This document shows, piece after piece, positions 33,174 through 42,084 of a DNA stretch of 64,000 nucleotides. The notes beneath the pieces were generated by a model that saw nothing but the letters and a program-made list of their open reading frames with translations, was not told the origin of the DNA and searched no databases. This DNA comes from a virus. Position 1 is the stretch's first letter. The number at the start of each line of letters is the position of its first letter. The stretch spans positions 3,143 through 67,142 of IMG/VR virus record IMGVR_UViG_3300044846_005433; one strand, written 5' to 3'. The translations under genes were made by a program, and so were the position numbers.

Positions 33174-33641
33174 ATGGCCAATACTGACAACCAATGTTCA
33201 GATCTTAAGATAGAAGATCTTTATTCCCAAAGCAAAGACACACTAGGAGACATTCTTGCTCTCCAAAAGGACACCCAAAAGAACGTTTACGGCTGGAATT
33301 TCGAAAATATGACTCTTCGAGAAGTAATGAATTTCTGGCACGCTAATACCCATGCCATGATTGATGAGATCCATGAAGCAACTGATGCTCTAGGCGGAAT
33401 CAAAGATGGCAGCGGAAATGCTGTTTGGAAGTACTGGAAGAAAGATTTTGCAAAATACAGCTTTACTAAGTTCTCAGATCTTTCTGAAGCAGATCAACTC
33501 GAATGCAAATTTGAAATTATTGATATGCTCCATTTCTTTATGAATTATGCGATTTCAGTCGGCATGACTCCTCAGGAGATGTATAATATGTACATGAGTA
33601 AAAACCAAGAAAATCGTGATCGTCAAGCTCGCGGTTATTAA
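33174..33641 (+). CDS. T4 gp56-like dCTP/dUTP pyrophosphatase
   Basis: AVWKYWK, DQLECKFEIIDMLHFFMN and KNQENRDRQARGY closely parallel T4 gp56 as recalled. Confidence 0.88.
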   Translation: MANTDNQCSDLKIEDLYSQSKDTLGDILALQKDTQKNVYGWNFENMTLREVMNFWHANTHAMIDEIHEATDALGGIKDGSGNAVWKYWKKDFAKYSFTKFSDLSEADQLECKFEIIDMLHFFMNYAISVGMTPQEMYNMYMSKNQENRDRQARGY

Positions 33642-33656
33642 AATAACAAAAATAGC

Positions 33657-33908
33657 ATGGAATCAATCATCGGTGGCGGTGACGCCCCTAATCCGCAAGG
33701 AGGCCAACAAAAATTAAACATCAACTTAGCAGATGCTCCATATATTGAATGCGAGAGCTGTAACGGGACTATTTTCGAAGAGAAAATGATGATTAAAAAA
33801 GTATCCAAATTTATGACAGGTGGTGCGCAAGATTCAATTGTGCCTATCCCAGTAGTAATTTGTGCAAAATGCGGACATATTAACGAACTATTTAAACCAA
33901 AAGTATGA
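33657..33908 (+). CDS. Zinc-ribbon protein
   Basis: CESC...CAKCGH. Confidence 0.7.
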   Translation: MESIIGGGDAPNPQGGQQKLNINLADAPYIECESCNGTIFEEKMMIKKVSKFMTGGAQDSIVPIPVVICAKCGHINELFKPKV

Positions 33909-35329
33909 TAATTGGAGCTGAAGTATTAAACGATAACACATTAACTATTTCTTATTATAATGCAGCTGGCAGAATAGCTTTTATTAAAAAGCGACTTGTT
34001 GACCATGAACTTTATAATTGGGTAGAATCTTCTACTCCAACTGCAACCAAGAACTGGGATGGCAAATACATCAAGAAGAGTAAAACTGAAGGTCGATATA
34101 TTAATCAGTTTAGAATCCAAGAGTTAATTCAAGAAAAGCTTACCAGAGAAGAACTTGAAGCAATTTACAGTTTCGATAATCTTCCAAAGAAAACTTATCT
34201 CGATATTGAGATCAAGTTGATTGATGACTCATTTCCAGATCCAGAACGAGCCAGAATGCCAGTTGGCCTAATTTCTTTTTGTAACGAAGACAATGTAACC
34301 TACATTCTCTCTATTTTACACGATGACGGCAAGCCAGAAGGACTTTCTCCAGAAGATATTGTTCGCATGGAAAAAGAAGTTAATGAATACTTCAGAAAGA
34401 CAGTTCCCTTAAATCCAAAAGATGCGTGGTTATTTGAACAAGAGTTTAAAATACGATATAAGTTTTTTGCGACAGAAACTGAATTGCTAGATTTCTATTT
34501 TCAAAATCTAGTTCCAAAGTTTTCATTTGTTACTGGATGGAACGTAACCGACTTTGACTGGAAGTATTTAATGAATCGTGCTAAAAACATGAAAGTCGAT
34601 TCTACTGTAAATCTTCCGTCTCGTACTCTAATTTCTAAAAATAGAATCCCAGCTCACCTTGGAGTTCTTGATTATATGCAGGTTTTTGAAAAGCTTAAAC
34701 CATTTAAAGTTGTAGAAAACTACAAATTAGATTATATTGCAGGTCTTGTGCTAGGTGTAGCTAAATTAAAACACGATTATCCATCTTTTCTTGCGTTTCA
34801 AAAAGATACTTATCTCTTTACCTTATATAACGTAATTGACGTTATTCTTGTTAAATTGATTGAAGATAAGCTTTCTTTACTCGATGTTGCCTATTCAATT
34901 GCAAATGTGGCTCAAGTAGACGTAAACAAAGTATTTAGTCCAGTGTATATTGCTGAGATCCTAATGTGCCGTGAGTTCTTAAACAAGAACTTAAAAATGA
35001 TGAAACTTCCTTGGGGAGAGTCAAAAGATAACGATGGCACATACGAAGGAGCATACGTTAAGAAACCAAATCCTGGTCACTATAACTATATTGCATGTTA
35101 TGACTTTTCATCCATGTATCCAAATATTCAAATCCAATTTAACATTTCACCAGATACTTATTTAGGTAAGAAAGGTAGTGTAAAAACCAGAGGTACTGAA
35201 ATCCATACGAAAAACGATACTCTTTTTTCAAGTGAAAACGATTCAGTTGCCCGTACAATTTTAACTCGTCTTTATGATGAACGTATTAAAACTCAAGGCG
35301 AGATTAAACAATTAAAAAATTCAAAATAA
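33905..35329 (+). CDS. Family B DNA polymerase, N-terminal subunit of a split enzyme (exonuclease plus motif A)
   Basis: YLDIE, TGWNVTDFDW, YNVIDV, YEGAYV and YDFSSMYP present; ORF ends before motifs B and C. Confidence 0.88.
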   Translation: MIIGAEVLNDNTLTISYYNAAGRIAFIKKRLVDHELYNWVESSTPTATKNWDGKYIKKSKTEGRYINQFRIQELIQEKLTREELEAIYSFDNLPKKTYLDIEIKLIDDSFPDPERARMPVGLISFCNEDNVTYILSILHDDGKPEGLSPEDIVRMEKEVNEYFRKTVPLNPKDAWLFEQEFKIRYKFFATETELLDFYFQNLVPKFSFVTGWNVTDFDWKYLMNRAKNMKVDSTVNLPSRTLISKNRIPAHLGVLDYMQVFEKLKPFKVVENYKLDYIAGLVLGVAKLKHDYPSFLAFQKDTYLFTLYNVIDVILVKLIEDKLSLLDVAYSIANVAQVDVNKVFSPVYIAEILMCREFLNKNLKMMKLPWGESKDNDGTYEGAYVKKPNPGHYNYIACYDFSSMYPNIQIQFNISPDTYLGKKGSVKTRGTEIHTKNDTLFSSENDSVARTILTRLYDERIKTQGEIKQLKNSK

Positions 35330-35330
35330 G

Positions 35331-35636
35331 ATGGCAAAACCAATATTTATTGTAGGATTTCCAGCAGCAGCAGATGCTCAGGCAATTCATCAAGTATATT
35401 CTGGCTTGGATGCAAAGCTCGGAGATGAATATCATGTTCTTACTTATCGTGCACAAAATATTAATAACGTTAAATTTGAAGTATTAAATGCAATCAATGC
35501 AACTGATATTGAGATATCTGAACTTATTGCTAAGACTAGAGAAGATATTGATATTATCTTAAAAGAAAAAATGCTTAGCGAGCTCACCGATCTTGCTAAC
35601 GACCTAAATAAAAATAATCCAGAAGAAAATGTCTAG
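35331..35636 (+). CDS. Hypothetical protein
   Basis: 101-aa ORF. Confidence 0.65.
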   Translation: MAKPIFIVGFPAAADAQAIHQVYSGLDAKLGDEYHVLTYRAQNINNVKFEVLNAINATDIEISELIAKTREDIDIILKEKMLSELTDLANDLNKNNPEENV

Positions 35637-35910
35637 TAAATTCATCAGTTGGCTCGAAGGTTACCTCGATGCCAGTAAAAACAAAGTGACTCCAAATCAA
35701 GTAAAGGAGATTCGTAAAAAAATTGCTGAATATAGAGTCCAACGAGAAAGAGAACTTATTCCGCTTTGGGATGATTCCTATAGTGAAATTCCTCTAAATT
35801 CATTTAACTCGTTAAATAAATCCGCTGCACATGAAGAATTTCTTAACGAGATTAGCAAAAACAAAAATGCTTCCACAATGGAAGAATTGGTTCTCGAAGA
35901 CAAAAAATAA
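35629..35910 (+). CDS. Hypothetical protein
   Basis: 93 aa; FISWLEGYLD...QVKEIRKKI pattern. Confidence 0.65.
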   Translation: MSSKFISWLEGYLDASKNKVTPNQVKEIRKKIAEYRVQRERELIPLWDDSYSEIPLNSFNSLNKSAAHEEFLNEISKNKNASTMEELVLEDKK

Positions 35911-35917
35911 AGAAAAA

Positions 35918-36574
35918 ATGGATACTGATAAACTAATTTCTCTAAAGGAGAATTTTACTGGCCAACGATTTCAGTGGGTAAAAACGGACCAGTCCGCATT
36001 ACTTGGAAAAGTAGTAAAATGCAGAGACGTTGAGCCTTTAAGTAATGGCCGATTTTTAATCGTGTTCGATGATGGCTCAAAAATCGACAGTAGCAAATTA
36101 AATTCAAACTTAATGATGTTACACGGAGATGATAAGCCATTAAGCCGTGAGGAAGCAATGGCAATCAATGGACCAATTCGTCCACTTGCTGATGTTAAAC
36201 GGACTCCTCCAGTAGTGCCTCCTCAAGTCAATGTTCCAGCCAATCCTGCAAATCCGATGCAGCCTGTTCAGACTGGTGCACAAGTTCCTCCGCCTATACC
36301 GAAACCGAACATGTTTGCAATGTTTAACTCAGAAGAGTCTCAAATTTCAATTAACTTGACGGTTAAATTACCAGATCGTAAGCTTCTTAAAATGATGTAC
36401 AATGGGGCTGAAAACAAGGACAAGTTTTTATCTGAACTTGCAGAATACTTGCATGGAATGATAAATAAACAAGTAGTACAGGACTCTATGAAATCAATTT
36501 TGGCACCAGTTGTGCCAGCAAAGAAAGAGGCTAAACCTACTGTAAATTTAACTGAGGTAAATGAATCCCGATAA
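35918..36574 (+). CDS. Hypothetical protein with Pro-rich linker
   Basis: Likely ATG at 35918 (MDTDKLISLKE); PPVVPPQVNVPANP linker. Confidence 0.65.
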   Translation: MDTDKLISLKENFTGQRFQWVKTDQSALLGKVVKCRDVEPLSNGRFLIVFDDGSKIDSSKLNSNLMMLHGDDKPLSREEAMAINGPIRPLADVKRTPPVVPPQVNVPANPANPMQPVQTGAQVPPPIPKPNMFAMFNSEESQISINLTVKLPDRKLLKMMYNGAENKDKFLSELAEYLHGMINKQVVQDSMKSILAPVVPAKKEAKPTVNLTEVNESR

Positions 36575-37124
36575 CAAACATTTCGACAAAAAGGAAGAAT
36601 ACAATGATGGTAAATACTCAATGTATTCTTTTTCTGGAAATAATGGAAAATTTAGAAGACTTGCTTGCTCTGAAGAGTCTATTTGCATTTTGCCGTTTGA
36701 TTTAAACGAACGCGGCCAAATCAAAAATATTTACTTAGCAAAATACATGGATCATTTACTCGGAGGAGTTGGATTTACCTGTATTACTGATACTTTTAAT
36801 AAAGATCAATTCGACTCATATTATAATGCAGTTGAATCGTGTCTTGCAGATGAAATGGGACTAAACGATATACATGTAAACGATACTTACTTATTAGGTA
36901 CTGTAAGACATGGTGTACCGTTTAGCAAAGAATATAAGTGTTATGGTGTTAATTTGACTAATCACATGGAAGATCCTTCTGGATATACTCCAATTGGCCT
37001 TAACCCAAACCAAAATATTCAATCCATCGAAAAGGTCAGATTTACTAGACTTTTAAATGGGGATATCCAAGATTCTCTTGCGTTATCTTGTTCCCTTCTT
37101 CTCATTTCTTATTTTTCAGATTAA
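36561..37124 (+). CDS. Nudix-fold protein with degenerate Nudix box
   Basis: SICILPF...IYLAK...AVESCLADEMGL...YLLG spacing resembles ADP-ribose pyrophosphatase-like Nudix proteins. Confidence 0.45.
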   Translation: MNPDNKHFDKKEEYNDGKYSMYSFSGNNGKFRRLACSEESICILPFDLNERGQIKNIYLAKYMDHLLGGVGFTCITDTFNKDQFDSYYNAVESCLADEMGLNDIHVNDTYLLGTVRHGVPFSKEYKCYGVNLTNHMEDPSGYTPIGLNPNQNIQSIEKVRFTRLLNGDIQDSLALSCSLLLISYFSD

Positions 37125-37150
37125 GAACTTTTTGTCGGCATTAAGTAAAA
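37125..37150 (+). promoter_or_regulatory. Early/middle-type promoter motif (GAAC-N16-GTAAAA)
   Basis: Recurring motif upstream of uvsX. Confidence 0.55.
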
Positions 37151-37171
37151 GATTATTAAAATAATTACGAT

Positions 37172-38368
37172 ATGTCACATACAAAAGACGTACTTAACGC
37201 ATTCAACAAATTTAACGATTTGCTTGAGAAAAAAGTTAAGTCTAAAATTACCCTAATGGGATTCTCAGATATTGATGAATACATTCCAACTGGTAATTAT
37301 CTCCTAAATGCACAAATGTCCGGCTCAGTATTCGGCGGCTATCCAAATACACGAAGTATTGGGATTGCTGGTGATTCTGGTGCAGGTAAAACCTTCTTAT
37401 GTTTAAACGCAGTTCGCGAATTACAAAAGAAAGGTTATTTAGTTTTTTATATTGATACTGAAGGTGCAATCGACCGCTCAGATTATGTAAAATTCGGAGT
37501 CGATCTAGATGGATTAAAGTATTTGCGTATGGGCTTAATCAGCGACGTTAAATTCTTTATTAACGACTTTATTGAAACAATGAGAGAAAATCCAGGATTG
37601 AAGCCAGCAATCTTCGTCGACTCAGTAGGTATGTTAGATACTGATAAGAGTAAACGAGATATGGATGCTGGTAAAAATGCTTCAGATATGGGTCTTCGTT
37701 CGAAAGAAATGAGATCACTTTTCAAATCATTTACTCTTGAACTTTCAAATCTTAAAGTTCCTTTTATCTTTACTAACCATACGTATGCTTCAATGGATCA
37801 ATACACTCCAAAGGGTATGTCGGGCGGAGGAGGTCCGGAATTCTCTGCATCAATTATCTTGATGTTGAGTAAAGGAACTCTTCGTGATGAAGCAAAAACC
37901 ACAACAGGAATTATCGTTCGCTCTAAAACTAAGAAAAATCGTTTAGCTAAACCGATCGATATTGAATTCCATATCTCTTTCCATAAGGGTATGAATCCAT
38001 TTGTAGGACTAGAGCAATTTGTTAGTTGGGAAAATTGTGGAGTCGGTCGTGGTAAAAAATTAACTGAAAAGGAATTTTCTAAACTTAAACCTGCAGAGCA
38101 AGAAGATTGCTCTAAATTTGAAGTATCTGGAGAAACTTTCTATTTTATGCCAGGTAAACTTGCAAAAAATTATATTAGTCGTCACAATGGAGATGAAATT
38201 CCAGTAAAAGAATTTTTCTCAGCTAGATTATTCACAGAAGATGTTCTAAAAGAATTGGACGAGAAAATCATTAAACCAACATTCAAGTTTCCAGAAACAC
38301 AAGACGGAATTGATATCCTTGAAAACGATGAACTTGAAAACCTAAATAATGATGAAGATTCGCTCTGA
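37172..38368 (+). CDS. uvsX: RecA-like recombinase (UvsX)
   Basis: Walker A GDSGAGKT, YIDTEGA, FVDSVGML, TNHTY and SGGGG motifs. Confidence 0.92.
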   Translation: MSHTKDVLNAFNKFNDLLEKKVKSKITLMGFSDIDEYIPTGNYLLNAQMSGSVFGGYPNTRSIGIAGDSGAGKTFLCLNAVRELQKKGYLVFYIDTEGAIDRSDYVKFGVDLDGLKYLRMGLISDVKFFINDFIETMRENPGLKPAIFVDSVGMLDTDKSKRDMDAGKNASDMGLRSKEMRSLFKSFTLELSNLKVPFIFTNHTYASMDQYTPKGMSGGGGPEFSASIILMLSKGTLRDEAKTTTGIIVRSKTKKNRLAKPIDIEFHISFHKGMNPFVGLEQFVSWENCGVGRGKKLTEKEFSKLKPAEQEDCSKFEVSGETFYFMPGKLAKNYISRHNGDEIPVKEFFSARLFTEDVLKELDEKIIKPTFKFPETQDGIDILENDELENLNNDEDSL

Positions 38369-38678
38369 TTTACCAATTAAATATTACTTAAATGTTTATA
38401 ACGAAGAGAATTTGCAAGATGAATTGACAATTCTTTTTGACATAATACAGTACTTAACTAAAGTTATTCAAGCGAAGGACAAGGATCTTTCGCTTGAGAA
38501 CTTTAAGTTCACATCCAAATCTATGAAATATATTTTCGGAGATAAGTTAAAAGATGAAACTTTTAAGCAAAATCTAGTTAAAAGATTAAAGAATCTGATT
38601 GCTACCGAAAATGTTTCAGTTACTGGAGAGACCATGAAGATTACAGAAAAAGGATTAACGAACTTTTATAAAATATAG
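38349..38678 (+). CDS. Hypothetical protein
   Basis: 109-aa ORF between uvsX and the helicase gene. Confidence 0.6.
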   Translation: MMKIRSDLPIKYYLNVYNEENLQDELTILFDIIQYLTKVIQAKDKDLSLENFKFTSKSMKYIFGDKLKDETFKQNLVKRLKNLIATENVSVTGETMKITEKGLTNFYKI

Positions 38679-40157
38679 ATGATAGACTTTACCGAAAATA
38701 TAGACTCGCTTGAAAAGATGGTGTGGAACTTTATTTTACATACCGATAATGATAATAATGAGCTTAAACCGAAAAGCCATGATTCATTAAGACGAGAAGA
38801 GTTGATAACTATGGTAAAGCCTTCATATTTCAATGAAGAAAATAGACAAGAATCCTTTAAGATCGCGTTAAAATTTTTTAGAGAATACGAAAAAATACCA
38901 AATCACAAGGAACTAAGAAGTTACTTGGAATTAACAAATGCAACAATAGATGATGAAGAATTTGATGACTTATATGCGTTCAATTTACGAGAGTATAATT
39001 ATGACTATCTATACAAATACGTACGTTCTTTTATTTTGCTTAGAAATCTTAACCTTACTGTTTTTGATCTACTCACATATCTAAAAACTACTTCGATCGA
39101 TCCTGAAAATATCGATAAGATCTCAGAAAAAGTAAGAAATGATATTAGCAGTAAACTCTCAGTTAATTTCTCTAGCGGAGACACTGGACTAAACTTCTTT
39201 AATCCAGAAGCACATATACAATTAGCTAAAAACGGAAGCCCTACCGGTTTTCCATTTTTAGATAAGTGTTTAGGCGGAGGATGGAACCCAAAATCTCTTG
39301 TAGTTTTTCAAGGTCGACCTAAGGTTGGTAAATCTATGGTTCTTGGAAATATTGCTGCTCGTTCGTTCCTAATCGGAAACGTAACTGGATTAGTAACGGT
39401 TGAATTACCAGAACGTCAATACATGAAACGTATTGGTTCAAATATTTTAAGTATTCCATCTGATGTATACTCTGGAATTACCGATGCAAAACACAGCCAA
39501 TTAATTGGTGATAAAATTGCCGAATTAAAATCTTCTGGTAAATCTTGTGGAGAGTTAATAATTAAAGACTTTCCAACAGGTAGTGCAACTGCAATCGATA
39601 TTGAAAATTACTTTTTACGTCTTGAAAGCAAGATGAACAAGCGATTTAAAGTTATTGTTGTCGATTACTTAAATCTATTACGCCCAATTAAAGATCAAAA
39701 CGGTCTTTATGAAAAAATCAAGTGTATTTCTGAGGAATTACGTGGTGTTGCAATGAGAAATGAATGGTGTATTATTAGCGCTACTCAAATCAAACGAGAA
39801 GACATTGATAATTTTGACCTAGGTATGGATTCGGTTGCTGAATCCTTTGGTCTAATTCACACAGTTGATTCATTATTTGGATTGATGCGCAGTCCACTTG
39901 AAAGTAGAATGAAAATAAAAGCGATTGCAAATCGCGACAATGGATATGAAGAAAGTTATAAGTTCTACACAATGCATAAAGAATACTTTAGGCTAAGCGA
40001 AGAAGTAGGAACAAATAGCGAGTTTTATAGTGATGATGAAGAAGCTAGTAAATTAGCTGATTCTCTTCGTGATGAATATTCAAACTTAGAAGATTCAACC
40101 ACTCCTTCTTCTCCAAAAACTGATGAAGATTATGATGACCTCTTCAATCAGATATAA
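38679..40157 (+). CDS. Replicative DnaB-family helicase (gp41-like)
   Basis: PTGFPFLD, GRPKVGKS, VVDYLNLL, SATQ and AESFG motifs. Confidence 0.93.
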   Translation: MIDFTENIDSLEKMVWNFILHTDNDNNELKPKSHDSLRREELITMVKPSYFNEENRQESFKIALKFFREYEKIPNHKELRSYLELTNATIDDEEFDDLYAFNLREYNYDYLYKYVRSFILLRNLNLTVFDLLTYLKTTSIDPENIDKISEKVRNDISSKLSVNFSSGDTGLNFFNPEAHIQLAKNGSPTGFPFLDKCLGGGWNPKSLVVFQGRPKVGKSMVLGNIAARSFLIGNVTGLVTVELPERQYMKRIGSNILSIPSDVYSGITDAKHSQLIGDKIAELKSSGKSCGELIIKDFPTGSATAIDIENYFLRLESKMNKRFKVIVVDYLNLLRPIKDQNGLYEKIKCISEELRGVAMRNEWCIISATQIKREDIDNFDLGMDSVAESFGLIHTVDSLFGLMRSPLESRMKIKAIANRDNGYEESYKFYTMHKEYFRLSEEVGTNSEFYSDDEEASKLADSLRDEYSNLEDSTTPSSPKTDEDYDDLFNQI

Positions 40158-40172
40158 AATAATTAATATCTA

Positions 40173-40748
40173 ATGAGACCAAATGATGACGAACTTGAAA
40201 ACATAAACGAGATTGAAGAAGAGGATGATGAAAACGTTCCCGCGATAGTCAGGGAAGACAAAATTTTTAATAATCGTTATAATACTGGCGATGGTCTGCC
40301 AGATTCAGACGAATATTCTTTATCGAGAGGAATCTCGGTTTCACGAGACTACTCAGATTCCTACTTACGAGATTTATACGAATATGAAAGTGAACTTGAG
40401 ACTAAATTTATTTTAGACGCAATCTTTTCTTTCTTACAAAACGATCCTGAAATTTCAGAAATAATAACCCGATCCTCAACTGATCCGTTTGTGACTAAAT
40501 CTAAATTTTCAAAGGAAGACGTTAATTTCATATTTAACAAGATTAACACAACGCTTGAGTTAAAATCTAATGTAATCATGTTTTATAGCCCAATTTATAT
40601 TTTAGAAGTAATATCTTCTATTTCATCAATTGAGTACAAGAAGTTATTTGATATGTTAGAAACAGAGATTCAAGAACTCTTATTAACCGAATTAAATAAA
40701 AAGTATCAATTCCTTGATGGAAAGATGCACAAAAAAAAGATACACTAA
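40173..40748 (+). CDS. Hypothetical protein with acidic N-terminus
   Basis: 191-aa ORF within the replication operon. Confidence 0.65.
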   Translation: MRPNDDELENINEIEEEDDENVPAIVREDKIFNNRYNTGDGLPDSDEYSLSRGISVSRDYSDSYLRDLYEYESELETKFILDAIFSFLQNDPEISEIITRSSTDPFVTKSKFSKEDVNFIFNKINTTLELKSNVIMFYSPIYILEVISSISSIEYKKLFDMLETEIQELLLTELNKKYQFLDGKMHKKKIH

Positions 40749-40975
40749 TGGCTTGGATTAAACTTACACACTCAACTGGAGTCGATTATCTAAATATCGA
40801 TCAGGTTTACAAAATAGTGCAGACTGCAGCGACTGATCTTACTTTTTATGATGCAAATTCTATTTTGCCGACAACTTACGTATTTTCATCAGCTGCTGAT
40901 CTTGCTGAAAATCTTGCAAAATTTGAGAGTATAACAAAAATTATTGACATCGATAAGCTAGCTCCACAAGGATGA
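40748..40975 (+). CDS. Hypothetical protein
   Basis: 75 aa; overlaps both neighbours at start/stop codons. Confidence 0.6.
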   Translation: MAWIKLTHSTGVDYLNIDQVYKIVQTAATDLTFYDANSILPTTYVFSSAADLAENLAKFESITKIIDIDKLAPQG

Positions 40976-42084
40976 AATTAAAAGATATTAGAAAAGTATT
41001 TGTACTTGGCGACCTTCACCTTGGTGTAAGAAATAACTCAATGGAATGGTCAGACATACAATCTGATTTTCTTCTTAATTTTTTCTTACAAAAGGTAGAC
41101 GAAGAAGGATTTGATCCAGAAAGAGATATTCTTGTTCAAGTTGGTGATTGGAACCATATTCGAGAATCAACAAATGTTCGTATTCAAAATATTTCTTTAC
41201 AGATAGCTAAGGTCTTGTCTGAAAAATTTAAACGCGGCATCTATCTTATTCTTGGAAACCATGACGTTTATTATAAAGATCGAACTGATACTCATTCTCT
41301 AAAAGGATATGATCTTATGTTCAAGAATTTCAATATCTTTGAAAAGCCAGAGATCTTGGAACTAAACTCACATAAGTTTTTAATGTTACCTTGGATAGAA
41401 TCTGTACCTGAATTAAAAGAAACTGTAAAGTTATATGATTCCGCAAAATATATCTTTTGTCATGCTGATTTCAAAGGATTTAGTCTAACTAAAGCAACTA
41501 AACTTGAGCATGGACTAGAATATGATGATGTAAAGTCATTTAAACGAGTTTATTCAGGTCATATTCATATTCGTCAAGACAAAAACAATGTCCTATATGT
41601 TGGAACTCCATACGAAATGGACAGGGGAGATCGCGGAAACGCAAAAGGTTTTTATGTGCTTGATGTAAGTGGAGCGGATATAACTGAGAAATTTGTAGAA
41701 AATACCATTTCTCCAAAGCATATTAAACATGACATAATTGAGCTTCTTAACCTTAATACTGATGAGTTAAAAAAACTATTCTTCAATAATTTTGTGGATG
41801 TTACGATTGAATCTACGCTATCCGCTCGATTTCCAATAACCAAGTTTACTGAATTAGTTAAAGACTTTGGATATCGTCGACTTGAATTCTTTTCATATTC
41901 AGTCGAGCAGCTTAAAACAAAAAGTGAAGTTGAAATTGATTCAAACTATGAGTATAATATTTTTAGTATTCTTGAAGAAAAAATTAAAGAGTCGACCCAT
42001 ACTCCAGATCTTTCTAAACAAGTGATTGATCGATTTAAAGAGATATACGACGCATTACGAAATAATAAAAGTTACGAGCAGTGA
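40972..42084 (+). CDS. Recombination endonuclease subunit (gp47/Mre11/SbcD-like)
   Basis: GDLHLG, GDW, GNHD and SGHIH metallophosphoesterase motifs. Confidence 0.92.
   Translation: MKLKDIRKVFVLGDLHLGVRNNSMEWSDIQSDFLLNFFLQKVDEEGFDPERDILVQVGDWNHIRESTNVRIQNISLQIAKVLSEKFKRGIYLILGNHDVYYKDRTDTHSLKGYDLMFKNFNIFEKPEILELNSHKFLMLPWIESVPELKETVKLYDSAKYIFCHADFKGFSLTKATKLEHGLEYDDVKSFKRVYSGHIHIRQDKNNVLYVGTPYEMDRGDRGNAKGFYVLDVSGADITEKFVENTISPKHIKHDIIELLNLNTDELKKLFFNNFVDVTIESTLSARFPITKFTELVKDFGYRRLEFFSYSVEQLKTKSEVEIDSNYEYNIFSILEEKIKESTHTPDLSKQVIDRFKEIYDALRNNKSYEQ

Noticed and set aside
35329-37124. Intron, intein or homing endonuclease interrupting the DNA polymerase
   Set aside because: Downstream ORFs show no LAGLIDADG, HNH or GIY-YIG motifs, and polymerase motifs do not resume
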